Of a stretch of DNA of 64,000 nucleotides, positions 10,701 through 25,913 are shown one piece after another. Below the pieces are notes generated by a model, which was not told where the DNA came from, did no database searches, and saw nothing but the letters and a program-made list of their open reading frames with translations. Made by a program: the position numbers and the translations under genes. How positions within the stretch are numbered: position 1 is the first letter of the stretch; every line of letters begins with the position of its first letter. Source of the stretch: Proteromonas lacertae (lineage: Eukaryota); contig NGBS01000024.1 in the NCBI GenBank assembly GCA_002245135.1, positions 1-64,000 of the forward strand, read 5' to 3'.

Positions 10701-13700
10701 TCATTTATATATTCCTTTGCTATATCAGCAATTTCTGGTCTTATTCTTTTGGATTTTAAATATGGTAATAAATTGTAAGATAATTTTTCTCTAATTTTTA
10801 AGGGACAAATTCTATAATAATGTAAATACAAACTAATCAATTCCGAATCAACATGCTGTTCTTTTAAGTAAGGTAATATATTATCATTTGATATTATTTC
10901 AACGATTGAACTAAATAAACTATTCAAATAGTTAATATAACATTCATTGTATTTAAAATCAGTATATTCTTGAGCATCTTTGAATATTTGAATTAATGGA
11001 TTTAAGATTAATACATCACTGTCACTACTATCATTACAGGACAAAATGAATCTTTTTAAAGCTAAAAAACAATCTGAAAAGTCTTTTATCATTAACTCTG
11101 GAGCAGCTGTAAACATGATACTAATTCCAGTCAATAAAACTCTTATAGTTTCAGCTGCACATTCACCTTCAGTTGGATAATTAAATGAATTTGAATTATT
11201 TAATGTAATATCAACACTTTCTAAAGATGGTTGAGATTTCTTATATTTACTATAATGTGATGATAATGAGCTTGATCTAGTTCGACGTAACAAATCATCT
11301 TTATTTGAACTAAAATTAGAATCTAAGGAATCATTTGAACTAGAAGGACTGAGTGATTTTAATTTCACCAATTCATCTAAAACAGTAACAAATGTTTCAT
11401 GTAAAATTTGAATCAATTTAATCTGGCAATTTGTATTAATCTTTGGTTGGAATTGTATTAATGTAATCAAAAGTATATTTAGTCTATAAATTAAGTAGTT
11501 ATAATCATTATCATCTAATGGTAGTTTTATTCCTTCAATATCATTATAATCTTCCCAATGGTCTATTGATAATTGATTTGAATTCTTTTTTAATTGAATT
11601 TTGTTTCTTTCATATTTAATTCGATATAGTTCACTCCAGAAGTATTCTATACAATCATTAAAACTATAATCGATAAATAATTCAGGTGATTTTGTTAGAA
11701 TAATTATTGATTCAATACATGATATGTAAGTTCTAAAATCATTTGTATTACTGCTACAATCTCTTAATCCATTTATTAGTAGAGATATATCACAATACAA
11801 AATAATATTTTGAATTGCATTATTGCTATTACAGGTCAAATGTTGATTTACTATATAACCATCTTTAGTTTTTATTTGAATATAATATTTATTATTACAT
11901 GAAATATTTGATAAACAACTGATAGTTAAATATAACAATCCTCTATGATTACAACATACTAACAGATTGGTTAAACATATATAAATATTATTAATTTGTA
12001 CAGGATGGAGTGTATTAAAACCAATATAAATAAGTGATATTAATCCATTTAATACATCCAATCTTCGATGATCGATGATTTTGTCGTTTAGTATAATATC
12101 ATTACAAAGTGGAACAAAGAAAATACATTCTTGAAACTTTGATATTTTCCATATATCGATTAGTATATGGAATGTAGTATGAAATACATTAGATTGTAAA
12201 TTTTGATCTTTTAATATATTAAATGATGGTATAATCAATGGTAATAAATCCATCTCATATAATATATATTTATTCTTATAAAAGTTATATATCTTTTGAA
12301 CACAATATTCTCTTACTACTGGACTTCTTTCTTTCTCAAAGAATCGTGTAATTGTATCTGAAAAAATTGCTAATGAACCAGAAACAGTTTTATTACAATA
12401 TTCAAACTATAAATATATATAAATATTGTAACTAATAATTAAATATATAAATACTTGTCTTCTAATAATTATTTTCTTTATTTCATCACTTGAATAATCA
12501 TCACAACTCAATAATACACTATGAAATTTCCTTTGTATTGGTTGAGAGAGTTTTCTATTGGAAATATCTAATAATAAATTCTCCAAGTCACTTCTTAGTG
12601 TAGTTTTTGCATATTTGATATCATTTAAAGTTATTGTTTTCTTATCAATTTCTGTGATTGGATCATTTTCACATTTTGAAATTAATTTAATCTGAGATTG
12701 TAATATCTCAAATATTGTGTACCATTCATAATTCAATGATTTTTGATTGATAAGTAAAGATATATTCTTTATAATATCATATTTGACAAGTACTGAATCA
12801 ATTAAATTAACTTTTTCATATTGTAAAAGTATACTATTGTCAGTTATGAATTTACTTTGATCTGAAACGACTCTGTTTCTTTCAATTGGATTCCACTGGA
12901 AATAAGTGATATAATACAAAGCACCTCTGATTGTATCAACATGGTAGGATGGATGTAATAGTTTGATTAGTATATTATAACTATACATATACTTGTTATT
13001 GGAGATAATTAAATTTTTGAAAAAATCATAAGTATTACTGTTAAAATTTAACATTCTACAATATATCTGAATTGTATCTGGTGTTAGTAGGTTTGTGTAT
13101 AAATTCTTCTTATAAATTAACTCTAAAAAGTCAATAAAGAGTGTGTATTCAATCACTGCTTGTATTTCCATAGATTTCTTATATTCTGTAAAAAAGAAAA
13201 TTAAAGAAAAAATATCTTCTATTATTTTAAAACAAAAAAAAGAGGATATATTAATATAGAATTGATCAAAACCTCAAATGAATGTATTCTGAATAAATCA
13301 GCTGATTCATTAATACAAATATATAACAAATCTATGATATCATCCTTTGCATAATCTGCTGATATCCATTGTGTGAATAATATACATACATCATTCGCAT
13401 ATGTTGAGATATTGTTGCCATCATCAATTAATGCTCTTAATGCTTCTACTTTCCTTTGAACAAAAGTCTCTCCTTCGATTGTTTTGATAATATTGAAGAA
13501 CTGTTGCTTTAGATTAGTTTCAATGTCGCCTTGGGTCTATTGAACAAATAAGTACAAATTGGAAATACCCTTAAGACTGTTATGATGAACATTAATATTT
13601 TTGATCTATCAGCGTCTATTTTACTTTCCCTCAAATCTGACAGATTGTTCCATAGACTTGTCACAAAATTCTTATCTAAGACATTACGAGACATTACATG

Positions 13701-13913
13701 AAGTATCTGATCTATTGCTTGGGATCGACACTCGTTGGAGTTTTCTAAAATGCCATAAGTGATTAAGAATACTCACAGAAGTTGCTTTGATGGCTTCTAA
13801 AACAAATTGATTTTTGTTCGCGGTATAGTCAGCTCTACAATAAAAAGCACTATCTCATACGTGATTTTGTCACTCTTCCCATGTTTGTGATTGAATTTAA
13901 AGAATTTCATCAT
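7716..13913 (-). CDS. Tuberin (TSC2)/RalGAP-like protein with C-terminal Rap-GAP domain, multi-exon
   Basis: N-terminal LWNNLSDL and IRGALYY..W segments, a long S/N-rich linker, then Rap-GAP motifs IGVIYV, YTGGL, FGPL and VRQTAINA. Exons joined manually. Confidence 0.75.
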
Positions 13914-13960
13914 CTTCAAACATGTTTGAAACGACTATATATTCTTTACTCAATTTTATC

Positions 13961-15403
13961 ATGCCACAAAACTATAATCGCCTATTATATATAATAATTG
14001 CAACATTCCTTTTAGTTACTGTTGATGCGAAATCATCAGTTCCTACAATTGTCTTTGTACCTTTTTTCAGTTCAGATCAGACAAAAACAATGTTACATTT
14101 AGTAGAATCTTATTCAACTCTATCCACATCGTATTTTTGAAATATTATTTTAGGAGTAAATCTATCATAATCACAACATATAAAGAATACAGTAGTTATT
14201 TACCCAAAATAAATAATGTTGAAGTATATAGAACAAATATATTATATTCTAGTATTTTTATTTTCCTGGTTCACCACCTACAAGAGAGTATAATCTTTCA
14301 AAAGTGGAAATGCTATACACAAGCAGTACTGCACTTACTGATTCAATTGATTTAAGTCATGCGCATGAAGTATATTCTATCTAAACTATTATTATTGATT
14401 TAGGTTGATACATTTAACAAATTAACAACACAATTTTCAAATAAACAGATAAATCTAATGATAATCGATCCTTATATGTTTGGAGCTATTGATTTTGCCG
14501 AAGTTAATGAAATTCCTTACATTTTGTTTCATACTGTTCCATTTGCAATGGAGTGTATATATATATATATATTATTAACATATTTAAATAGTTATAATTC
14601 GACCAATATTATGTGAAACAGATGCTGAAGAAAGTGAAAATTGGATGAAATATACAAAATGTTTAGTTATAAACACCTATTATTATGCCAAATTCAATTA
14701 TCAAGTATTAAACATTTTAAATTATTTATTGTATTATAGAGAAGGACTCGTATAGACAGATTAACCAAAAGAAACATCACTCATTCTACTTTACAGTATA
14801 TCAATTTTTCTCCATTATTACATATCCGATTATCACCTCAAAACCTCTATCATTATCCCAACAGAAATGTCAATACATATTATATATCTAGTTTCAAACC
14901 AAACATACACAAACTACCTGATAATTTATTAAAGTGGATAAAAGGATCTAATCAAATGTGTTTGACAGAAAAGTGTAGTAGAAAGAGAATAGCGATAATG
15001 TATATAGATCATATAAATATGAATGATTATAATGACGATTTTTTGACGACAATGATAAGTTATGTAACTTCCAGTAATTTTAGATTGTTGTGGGTGATTC
15101 CATCGAGGTTATTTAATTATTTTTCATATTTACAATCATCTCCATTAATTAAACTGACTAAAGATTCATTTGGAAATTTAGAATCAATTATTGAGAATGT
15201 TAAGAAATTTAAAGTTTATATTTCCAATTGTAATTTGGCATCTTTGAGTGTATATTATATTATAATAATATTATATTGTTTATTAGTATGTTACTCATAA
15301 GAATGTAACTTTACTTTGTATTCCACACACTCCTGTTGAATATTCAATATCATTAAAATTACAGAATTTGGGAATTGCGAAAATATTGAATTATAATGAA
15401 AAA

Positions 15404-15439
<36 letters not shown>

Positions 15440-15769
15440 CAACCATCTATTGCCACATTTATTAATCTACCAGATGCTGTTAATCACAGAAATTATAGAA
15501 TATTTATGAATGATTTCAGAGTGAATGGAGGACTTAATAGTTTAGTAACTTTAATAGATGGATATGTGATGCTGAATAAGACAAGAGTATCGATACCTAG
15601 AGAAGCTGATAATATGAAACTATTGTATATTTTATGTAAGAATATTATATGTAATAGCAATACAACCATTTCTTTAACATTTTATATCATATTTATGAGT
15701 GTCATCTACAAGATGTCTGAGAATGTATACTTTAATCAGAAGGAGACCAAAGAAAAAAAGCAAAAATAG
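13961..15769 (+). CDS. Divergent UDP-glycosyltransferase (GT1/UGT)-like ER membrane protein, multi-exon
   Basis: Signal peptide, IIDP..GA..FAE...IPYI, LLWVI, degenerate UGT signature region, C-terminal TM and KKxx tail. Confidence 0.55.
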
Positions 15770-15960
15770 TGTTTATTTGTTGTTAATATAGATGTATTTA
15801 TTGGGTAATAACAGAATTAAAAACACCTTTTTTTTGTCTTTTTCATAATAGATTTTAATTTTTCAGTTAGAAATCAACTTACACAGATAATACATTCTAT
15901 CATCTTGTAGATTGTCCTTTTTAATTCATATTATAGTATTAACTTATTTAAATAATCAAT

Positions 15961-17136
15961 ATGCCTGGTAGATTAGGTGTAAGTGTTGGCATTTCAAGTT
16001 TGTGTTGTGGGTGTTTTAAATCCTCTCATGTGAATATTATTCCTTATCATAATGGTAATACTGCTATGCCTTCATGTGTTTATTATGATCCAACCTCAAG
16101 TAAAGTAGAAACGGGAGAAAGAGTATTATATACTGGTAGAATGACAGAAAAAGCAATACATGATCCACAGAGAATTATAGGCTTGAAGTACAGTGATAAA
16201 TTAGTAAAGGAATATCAAGAGAAACATACATGCATTATTATAAACGACAATGACATACCAAAATTTGAAGTAGAATGCGATCACGAGACTGTTTACAAAA
16301 CTGCAACAGAAATCACTTCAGAATTACTAAAATCGATGAAATATTTTGGAGATACATATGTAGGTAAGTTAAACCAGTCAACAGAAGCAGTATTAACAGT
16401 ACCATTTTATTTCAATAACATTCAAAGAGAAGAAGCAAAGAAAGCAACTGAAATGGCAAATTTGAAAGTGATAAAAATAATTGATGAACCTGTTGCTGCT
16501 TGTACTGCTTATACGTTAGAAAGAAAGTTTACCGGTAATAATGTATTAGTATATGACTTTGGTGGTTATACATTTCAAGTAACACTATTAAATGTGAATA
16601 AAAAGACAAAAAAAATGAGTATAATTAAAAGTGAAACAGATTTTGATTTAGGAGGGAATGAAGTAACTTCCAGAATCGTTGATCACTTTTTAGAACAATT
16701 AGATAAGAAATTAGGAAGTAAAAGAAATAGTATAATGTTAAGAAAGATAAAAGAATTAACAATTTGCTGTGAAAGAGCAAAACAAACAATGTGTAGTGAA
16801 AAATGTGATGAAGTCGATATTGATTGTGAATGGTTAGCTGATAATGAAGTAGATTGTACTTTAACTAAAGATATAATGAGCAAAGTAAGTTCAGATATAA
16901 TAGAAAAGACAATGACACTTCTGATGGGATTATTAGAGAAATGTAAAAAAGATCCAAAAGAAATTGCTAATATCATTTTGTGTGGTGGATCTAGTAAAAT
17001 ACCAAGAATTAAGGAATTATTAAGAGAGAAATTTCACTCTAGTAATATATTAAGAAGTATCAATCCTGATGAAGTTTTGGCTTATGGTGCTACTTTGTAT
17101 GGAAATGTTGATGAGTGTAAATATGACTTAATGTGA
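15961..17136 (+). CDS. Hsp70-family protein, ATPase domain only, intronless
   Basis: MPSCVYY, AVLTVPFYF, IIDEPVAA, YDFGG, GGSSKIP, INPDEVLAYGA, then TGA with no substrate-binding domain. Confidence 0.85.
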   Translation: MPGRLGVSVGISSLCCGCFKSSHVNIIPYHNGNTAMPSCVYYDPTSSKVETGERVLYTGRMTEKAIHDPQRIIGLKYSDKLVKEYQEKHTCIIINDNDIPKFEVECDHETVYKTATEITSELLKSMKYFGDTYVGKLNQSTEAVLTVPFYFNNIQREEAKKATEMANLKVIKIIDEPVAACTAYTLERKFTGNNVLVYDFGGYTFQVTLLNVNKKTKKMSIIKSETDFDLGGNEVTSRIVDHFLEQLDKKLGSKRNSIMLRKIKELTICCERAKQTMCSEKCDEVDIDCEWLADNEVDCTLTKDIMSKVSSDIIEKTMTLLMGLLEKCKKDPKEIANIILCGGSSKIPRIKELLREKFHSSNILRSINPDEVLAYGATLYGNVDECKYDLM

Positions 17137-17241
17137 TTCTGTGGAATTTAATTGTATTATTTTTTTCTTCTGATGTATATATTTAACCCAATAAACAACA
17201 AAAACATAAGATATTAATTACAAAAAATACAAATTCAAATT

Positions 17242-19514
17242 TTAAAAACTAATTTCAGTTTCAGGATAGTGATATTTCAATTGTTGGCATAAAGCAATTG
17301 ATTGGATTTTATTCTCTTCAATAATCAACTTCTTCAACTGTAATAACAATTTCAATGAATCATCAAGTATAATCAGTCCATTATCGTCTATCATATTATT
17401 TTTTAATGTCAAAACAGATAAATTTGGTAAACAATCAAATATATCACATAAAACAAGTAATCCATCATCACTGATATTATTATGAGATAATGATAAATCC
17501 CTTATATTTGAAGTATATTGTAAAGCATCAGATAATACAGTCACACCTTCATTACCAATATCACATCTAAATAAATGTAACGTCTCTAATTTTGGAATAA
17601 ATTGAAGATTCTTGGAGAAGTAAAACATTCCAGTATCACCTAAGTGATTTCTATCAATACAAAGTTTAGTTAATTCTGGTGTAAATTGAAATCCACTGGA
17701 AATATACAAGATACCTTCAGCTGTTATGTTATTCTGTCCAATCTCTAAATCTCTTAGATTTTGTAAGAATGGCATTGATTTACTTAACGATTTCATACTT
17801 AAATTACCAATTTCATTATTGTATAAATGTAATACTTCTAATCTAACTAAATACTTTATATTTTCACCTAAGCTTACCATTCCTTCATCTCCTATGTAAT
17901 TATCATATAAACCTAGTTTAGTTAGATGACTAACGTAAGGAAGTGAATTAGCTAAATATTTAGCACCAATATCACCAATTCTGTTACTTGATAACCATAA
18001 GATTTCTGTTTCTTTTAGTGATTTTAAAATAAGTGAAAACTCAAACATGTCATTGTCTGTAACATCACATTCTATTATAAATTAAATATAAATATAAATT
18101 AATATATACTATTTAAATTGATCTTTTTATTTGCAGTTCCTTTAATAATCTTCTCTTCAATTCCATCATTTGGTTTTATTCTTGTAATTATATATTTTCC
18201 AACTTTATCATAGTAATTAAGGCATAAATTCACCAACATTATAAAATACTTAGTATTTCCTTGTGTATTGTAATTGTACGAAGTGATAGCAGTTTGAATA
18301 CATTCTATTTATAACATAACATATATATATTATATTTATTATTTATATTTATACGTATATTATCACTCATCACTTTTATACTTTCAAAATCATATAATAC
18401 AGTGCTATATTCATCAATAATTGAACTAATTGTACCTAGTATTAATTCTGTTTAAAAAATATATAAATATATATATCATATACTTGTTTTTATTGTTTCT
18501 GGTTTATAATCAAGTGTTCTATTGGATGGAATTTGTTCAAAAGTTGCCATTTCTATAAAAACAAAGAATTAATAATAATAATAATATATATATATATATA
18601 TACTATCTAAATCATATAACACTTCTGAAGCTCCATGTCTTTCATAAGGATTTTCCAACAACAATCTTTCAATTAAACTATTATACGCTTCAGAATAAAC
18701 TCCACAGTTAGTAATCTTTTCATATTTACATTTTGATACTTCTAAATCATATGCTGTTCTTTCATTACCACTAAATGCATTTTTACCTGTTAATATGTAA
18801 TAAACAACACAACCAAAACTCCACATATCACTTTTATCTGTTATTTCATTTCCTTTAATCATTTCTGGACTGTAATATTGATAATCTGTTAATGTTGTTG
18901 ATTCTTCAGTTTTTAACATATTTTGACATTGATCAGATATTAAATAATGATTATCTTCAGTTATTAAGATATTAGAAGGTTTTATATTACTATGAATGAG
19001 TTTAACTTCATTTTCGTGGATAAACTGTAATCCTAGACATATTTCATTGATTACTTCAAAAGGACCACTTTCATCAAATACTTCTAATGGATTTATATTC
19101 TGTAAAGATAGATCTTGGTAATAATCCATTGTTACAAATACATATTGTCTTTTTTGATCATAGAAATAACTAAATGGAACTAAATTAGGATGATATAGAA
19201 TAATATTGGAATTTAACTATTAATTATATTCAAAAAATGTATAATTATACAAAATTCTGAATAAAATTATCTGATACATCAGTTGTGTCGATGATTTTCA
19301 ATACTTTCAAGTCATTGTCTTGCTCTTTCTTCACTATACTGCAATATACATGTTTACTACAAGATATTGGATTTACAGTCTGTATATATTATATAAATCA
19401 AAATACATAGTAATGAAGAGATGGATGGATTGCACTCTAATTATGAATAGTTTGACAAAATTATACTAAATCATATCCTTCACGTTTTGAGAAAGGAAAG
19501 TTAAACAGTGGCAT
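17242..19514 (-). CDS. Pseudokinase fused to RI/NLRC3-type leucine-rich repeats, multi-exon
   Basis: Kinase fold (HSNIKPSNIL, YYSPE, DMWSFG), then 28-residue LxxLxLxxNxIGDxG repeats. Fusion inferred from short introns. Confidence 0.7.
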
Positions 19515-19654
19515 AAAAAATGGATTTTAAGAAAAATAACAGTTATGTAACGAACATATTATTTGAAACAAAAGAAAAAAACCAAAATACTAAGAGATAT
19601 CACTTAATGAACAAACAAAAAGTGGTTAGTTTAAATAAATACTGAATTCTCGTT

Positions 19655-20568
19655 TTATACATATAGTGGTTGGATAGTGGGTTGATTTATTTGTTTATTA
19701 TTTATAGCTGGCTCTTCTGCTATCGCTGTTACTGACACCATAGATGGTCTTCCATTCTCATCTTTATATTCTATTTTAGGTGCTATTTTCTGAGGTGTTT
19801 TATTTATTGCACAACTACTAGACCCTTGTGGATTATATTTGGATTGGTTACATTCTCCTTGATTATTACATTCTCTACAGATACAATTTTCACCACATTT
19901 AACTCCACTCTGAAAACATTCACAATATAGCTTCTGGCAATGAGATTTTCTACATTTACATCCTACAGAGTGTATTTTAGTTTTCTATATAATAATAATA
20001 ATTTATGATTAATTATACATCTGGTTCTTCAATGATCTTTGATAAGAAAGCATTAGGTGTTTTATTAACGACTATTTTTCTTGCTTTTAATACTTGATTT
20101 ATATTGGCTAATGTATTACAACAATTACAGCATTTACATCCAGAACAGAATTTCTGCTCAGCAAAACATTGACAATATAATTTCAAACATTTTGATTTCT
20201 TGCATGTGCATCTCATTATTTTCGGCTCTGTTGTTTTGTCATTACAATTCTCTTTATTACTTATTGTATTTGGATCTTTATACATGGAAACTGCCTATTT
20301 GATAATTTAAATAATTACAGTCATACTTTATCTGCCAGACATTCTAATGGTGATGGAGTTTTAGGTTCAGGTTTATTGGCTGTATTCTCAGCTATTTTAG
20401 AAATGTTCTAAAGATATTATTTTTGATTATTTATACTGCTAAAATTTGAGCTCCTTCCAATCTCGCTGGAGTTATTGGTGATAAAAAATTGCAAATGCTA
20501 TCATGCTTTCGTTTAACTGGTGGAGAGATGTTAGAATCTTGTGAGTTTTCTTTATTGGAGGTTGACAT
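19655..20568 (-). CDS. Tesmin/TSO1/LIN54-like protein with two CXC domains
   Basis: [16 protein letters not shown], linker KTPNAF and [16 protein letters not shown]. Confidence 0.9.
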
Positions 20569-20933
20569 ATTGTATATAATTTGAATCTATAAAGGTAATA
20601 TGAAAATCAAATACTTAAAGAGAAGATATTTTGATTATAATAATGCAAATTTTGAATTTCAAATTTGAAAGTTGTTAGGTTTGACAGAAGCTTGATTTTT
20701 TAAATTCAAATTTCTCATTATTGTAACGTTAAGATGGATTGTGAATTTGATTTATATATTTTAATATTTATTGTTCATATACTATTGTTTTTATACATAA
20801 ATATGTCAAAATGAAGGTGGATTTCTTGACGATTATCTCTTATATCAGTATCTTGTAATTCATATTTTGAAATACAAGTTATAATAAGCTAATAAATACA
20901 ACAGTAAAGTTTAACGGTAACATATATGTATAA

Positions 20934-23268
20934 TTAACTATAATTTACTTTAAGCCTTTCAACAACAGAAATTGGGAGTAATAAACCATGAAATAACACT
21001 GATTCACTTGATATTTCATGGAAATCTCTGCTATAAGCTAACACATTTCTTCTACTATCAAATGAAACATTATTTCTATTTTCCCAATATATTAAATCTT
21101 CACTATCATCATTGTCCATATCATTATCAATTTCATCTTCTACAGAAACAAGATCTTTCTTATTTATTTGAACTCTTCTCTTCTTTTTGTTAATTTCATT
21201 TTCATTTTCATTTGTATTATTATCACTGGTAGCTGTGTAATTCCTTCTTTTAATACTTCCATATAAATCATCTAACTCTGATATTGATAATATATCACCT
21301 CCAGAAGATCCAATCTTCCATTTTTCATTTTGAGATTTTGTTTCTTTCAATTGTTTTATCTTTTCTTCAATAGAATCATTAATAATGAAATGATGAACAT
21401 ACGTTGTATTTGTTTGACCTATTCGATGTATTCTTCCTATTGCCTGTTCTTCTACTCCTGGATTAAGAGATGGTTCAACAAGTAATACATGCGTAGCTTC
21501 AATAATTGTCAAACCTTTACCACCAAATTTCAGTGATAATAACAAAACCTATAAGCAAATAAAAAATAAAAAAGAATAGAATAATACTGTAAAAACTGGT
21601 TTGCTTTTAAATTGTTTTAATAATGATCCAAACTTCTTCTTTTGCGATATTCTATAATAAGGTATATTGTTCTTTCTATTCATATATATATAAAATATAT
21701 AAACAAAAATACTCTAAAGCTTGTTCTAGAATATCCAAAACACTTTCCCACATTGAAAACACAATTGCTTTTTCTATATTCCTTTTCATAATCTGATTAT
21801 TCTGTATATCCACCAACTTTGCTACAATTGCATCAATCTTTGTTCCATAACTACCTCTTATTTGTGGAAGATCAATTCTAGGAGTTATTTGTTGTTGTTG
21901 TTGTTGTTGTTGTTGTGATGTTGATGTTGATGGTGGTGCTTCTGTTGATTTATTATTATTACCATTATCAGATACTGTTGTAGTAGTAACTGTAGATTGA
22001 ATTGCATAATTATCTTTCTCCTTTTCAGAAACGACATGATAAACATCAGCTATTCTTGATAGCCTTTTACATACAGGACATTTTATATTTCTTTCATGAT
22101 TTGCTATTCTACACAATCCTTTAAAGCAATCTGGTGTAATTGCATGACCACATGGAAACATTGATATATTAGACAAATCCATTGGTTGAAGACACACAAC
22201 GCAATTCAATGTTTCACCTTTTTCATAAGATGATTTTAAAAACAACAAGTAATGCAATTGACCTGTGTTCTTCTTCAGTAATGTGAGAGATGATACTCTA
22301 TCTTGATCTAATTCTGTATACTTTTGATCTAATTCATATGGTTGTAAAATCCAACTTTTATCTGTATCTTTAACTCTTTCACCTTCATAAGCTAATCTAA
22401 TTTTTAAAGTTGCCATTTCTAACTCATCAATATTGCCCAACCTCAAATGCTATACAATACATAATATATATATATATATATATATACTTGAGCTTCCCAT
22501 AAATGACTAATTTGTAATCTTTCTTCTTTAAGAAATTCAAATAGAGAAATCAATTTTTTACTTTTTTCTTTTATATCTTCATCTTCTACAAATGTATTTA
22601 CATATCTTTCTATTCTTCTATAAACAACAATCAATGGATTTTCTCTTTCTAATGATAAATCTTTATCTAAAAAACACAATAAAAGTAGTAAAATATACGA
22701 AGAATATGTTTATTCTTATCTTCCTCTTCCTCTTCACTATCTGAATCAAATATTGACAATTTATTTCTTTTTGTTTCTTTTCTTTTATCAACTAAACATA
22801 GCTTATACTCATCAATTTTATCATATAAATAACAGTGTTTACATTTTTTACCATTTTTACCTTCTTTACATGTTGAACAATTAGCAGTTTCATATACTTC
22901 TTCTTTAGATGGATATTTATTAAACTGTTTTATATTACTTAACACATCTTTTCTAATTGCTAATAAATCGGAATAATGATTTTCTATTTTATTACATAAT
23001 GAAAGATATGACAAAGAAGGGATTTGTAAATCTTCAATACATTCATTCAAGAAAGTGTTATAAATATATGGATTGTTATTTTTCATATCATTTATCACAA
23101 CAATCATCCAATCTACATTATTCTCAATATTTCCTTTTCCTTTTATCTTTTTCTCACATTTGTTCAATTCATTAAACTCTTTTTCAACTCTCTCATTTGA
23201 TTCAAACATATATTCTTCTTCTATCTTATTAGCTTCTTCTACTAAACATTTTCCACAATATGAATCTG

Positions 23269-23313
<45 letters not shown>

Positions 23314-25859
23314 CTGATTTATTTTTACAGACATGATCTTGATGATTTAATAATTCTGATAAATTCTTTTTTGTATGAATAATTGGTAATTTATCAGCTC
23401 TAATCAGTTTATCATTGTCTTTAACTAGATTCAATATTGTCTCATATAAACTAATAGCTACTTTCTTATTATCACTTATTTGATTCAATGCACTTAAACC
23501 ATTCAATGCAGCAATATATTGTCTTTGATATTCTTCACAGTCTAATTGACAATCTTTTATTAATTTCTCCAATACTTCCTCCATAGTCATGGCTGTTTTT
23601 GATTTAGTCTTCAAACCATTTGAACCTATTTGCGGATGACAACATGCTTGCCTTAGATTCAACAATGGAACCATTGCTTTTAACAACTCATTCTTTGATA
23701 TATGATTATTACTATTATTGTTCTTCAATTTATTCAATATTCTTGTTGATGAATAAGTGCATTTTTCACATTGTCTACTATAGAAGTTTCTTTCAATTGG
23801 TGAAAAAGTGAGTGATAATAATTCAGAGATTTGAGGAGGTAATAGATTACTTGGTAATTGTGTTTTAGAAGTCCTCCACATCAATTTAAACAATATATCC
23901 AATAGAAGATGTTTTGCAACTAAAGAATTCATTTCATATGGTATTTTAATACAATAATCCCAAGCACTTTTTACAGAATAAATTGAAACATTTAAATACA
24001 CAAACAATCCATAAATATCTTCAAGAGATTGTGAAATTGGTGTTCCTGAAACACACCATCTATTTACTGTTGGAATTCTCAAAGCCATTAATGTAATATT
24101 CGAATGAGTACTTTCAACCATTTGAGCTTCATCTAAACATACTCTCCACCACTTCATTCTAATTAATGGTGATAATATACTGTAATATTTCTTCGGTGAT
24201 CTTGATTGATAGGGATTCTCATCAATATGATAATATATTTCATTTTGTAATACTTCATAAGTAGTGAATACTATATCAAATTGAGATAAATATCTTGGAG
24301 AATAAAGATAATACTCTCCATGTTTGGTTTCTTGTTGAATTCCATTATAAACTATATACTTGAATGTATTTGGATAAAAATGTTTCATTATTTCAGAAAT
24401 CCACTGATCTCTTATCGATGATGGAGATATGATCAAAGTAGAATGGCATTCTAATATATTATCACTTACATTATTCTCACAGTTTATACACAATTTTCCA
24501 TCATCTATATATTCATGTATTGTTCCACATGATTTATGCATATATCTACTACATTTGTTACATCTAATTAAATCATCTTCATAATCTAAATCACCACAGT
24601 AACAACAACATATTTTCTCTTCTTTAGTTACTTTTTCATATTCTATCGGTTTTGATTGATAATTATTTTGTTTTGACATAAATGTCACATAATATACATC
24701 TCTTTCGTATGAAAAACTGGATCTTTCTTTGAATCTTTCTATATTTAAATATATAAATGATAATATTATATTATACTCATAAATATTTCTTTCTTTGGAT
24801 TTTGATTTAACAATATTAATGATAATATTTCGATTGTTTTTCCTAAACCCATTTCATCAGCCAATATTCCTCCTAATATTTTATCATTATCACTTTCAAC
24901 TACTTCTTTACTAAAACTACCACTATATGGGGAATAATAATAATAACAATTATTATTATTATTATTTAAATTATATAATTTGAACCATAATGGATGAAGT
25001 TTATCTTTATCATAATCTTTATCAACATCTCTTTCTTTAAAAAAATTCTCTCTTGATAATAACCAATTTATAGCTTTTAATTGATAATCATATAAACTAG
25101 ATCTAATGTTATTAATTGATTGATGTGATGGAAAATCTTTTAATATTTCATTATATATATCAGATGGATTGAATGAATGATATTTTATTTTGTTATTTTT
25201 TAGATTGTTAGTTTTAGGATAATCATTGAATAATGGATGAATATATCTCATTACTGTTATTATATCTTTTGATATATCTCTAGGAGGTAAGTTTATCCTT
25301 AGTTCAAATATTTTATTGGTTAAACAAACATTTATACGATTTCTTTCTATTGAAAAACTCATTAATTCTCTAGTATAGAAAACAATAAAATAATTATTAT
25401 ACTTTTTTACTATAGAAAGGAAAGATTTATGAAAATCATTTGTTGATAATGGAAATAATTCAGTTAAAGATATATTAAATATCACATTACTCTCTGCATC
25501 TAAAAAGAACAGTAAATTATCATTTGGGATTATTTTTACATTCAATATTACTTCATTTAAATTGATATTGTTTAGCTTATCAAGAATATCTGTGCTTTCT
25601 TCCTTCAACGTATGTCTATAGATAACTATTGAACGAATTCTTTTTAATTCAATTATATATTCTGATTCAATTTGTTTATGGTTATTTTTCTAGAAATATG
25701 AATAAATATTATACAAATGGTTTTTTTCTTGGTTGATCCATATAAGGTCTTCTCATAGTAATTAGAGCATTAGCTAAAGCAGATTCTTTGGGAGTCTATT
25801 TTAATTTTGTAATTATGGAATATATATACTATCCTTTTCACGAGTTGTGGTTTTTTCAT
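20934..25859 (-). CDS. SHPRH: SHPRH-like SNF2 helicase/PHD/RING E3 ligase, multi-exon
   Basis: GGILADEMGLGKT, PHD finger, WWRVCLDEAQMVE, LRQACCHPQ, RING and EQAIGRIHRIGQ. Confidence 0.88.
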
Positions 25860-25913
25860 TTTTGTTTCAAAAATAGAGTCGTTATAAATTAAAGTAAAAA
25901 ACGAAAATGAAGA

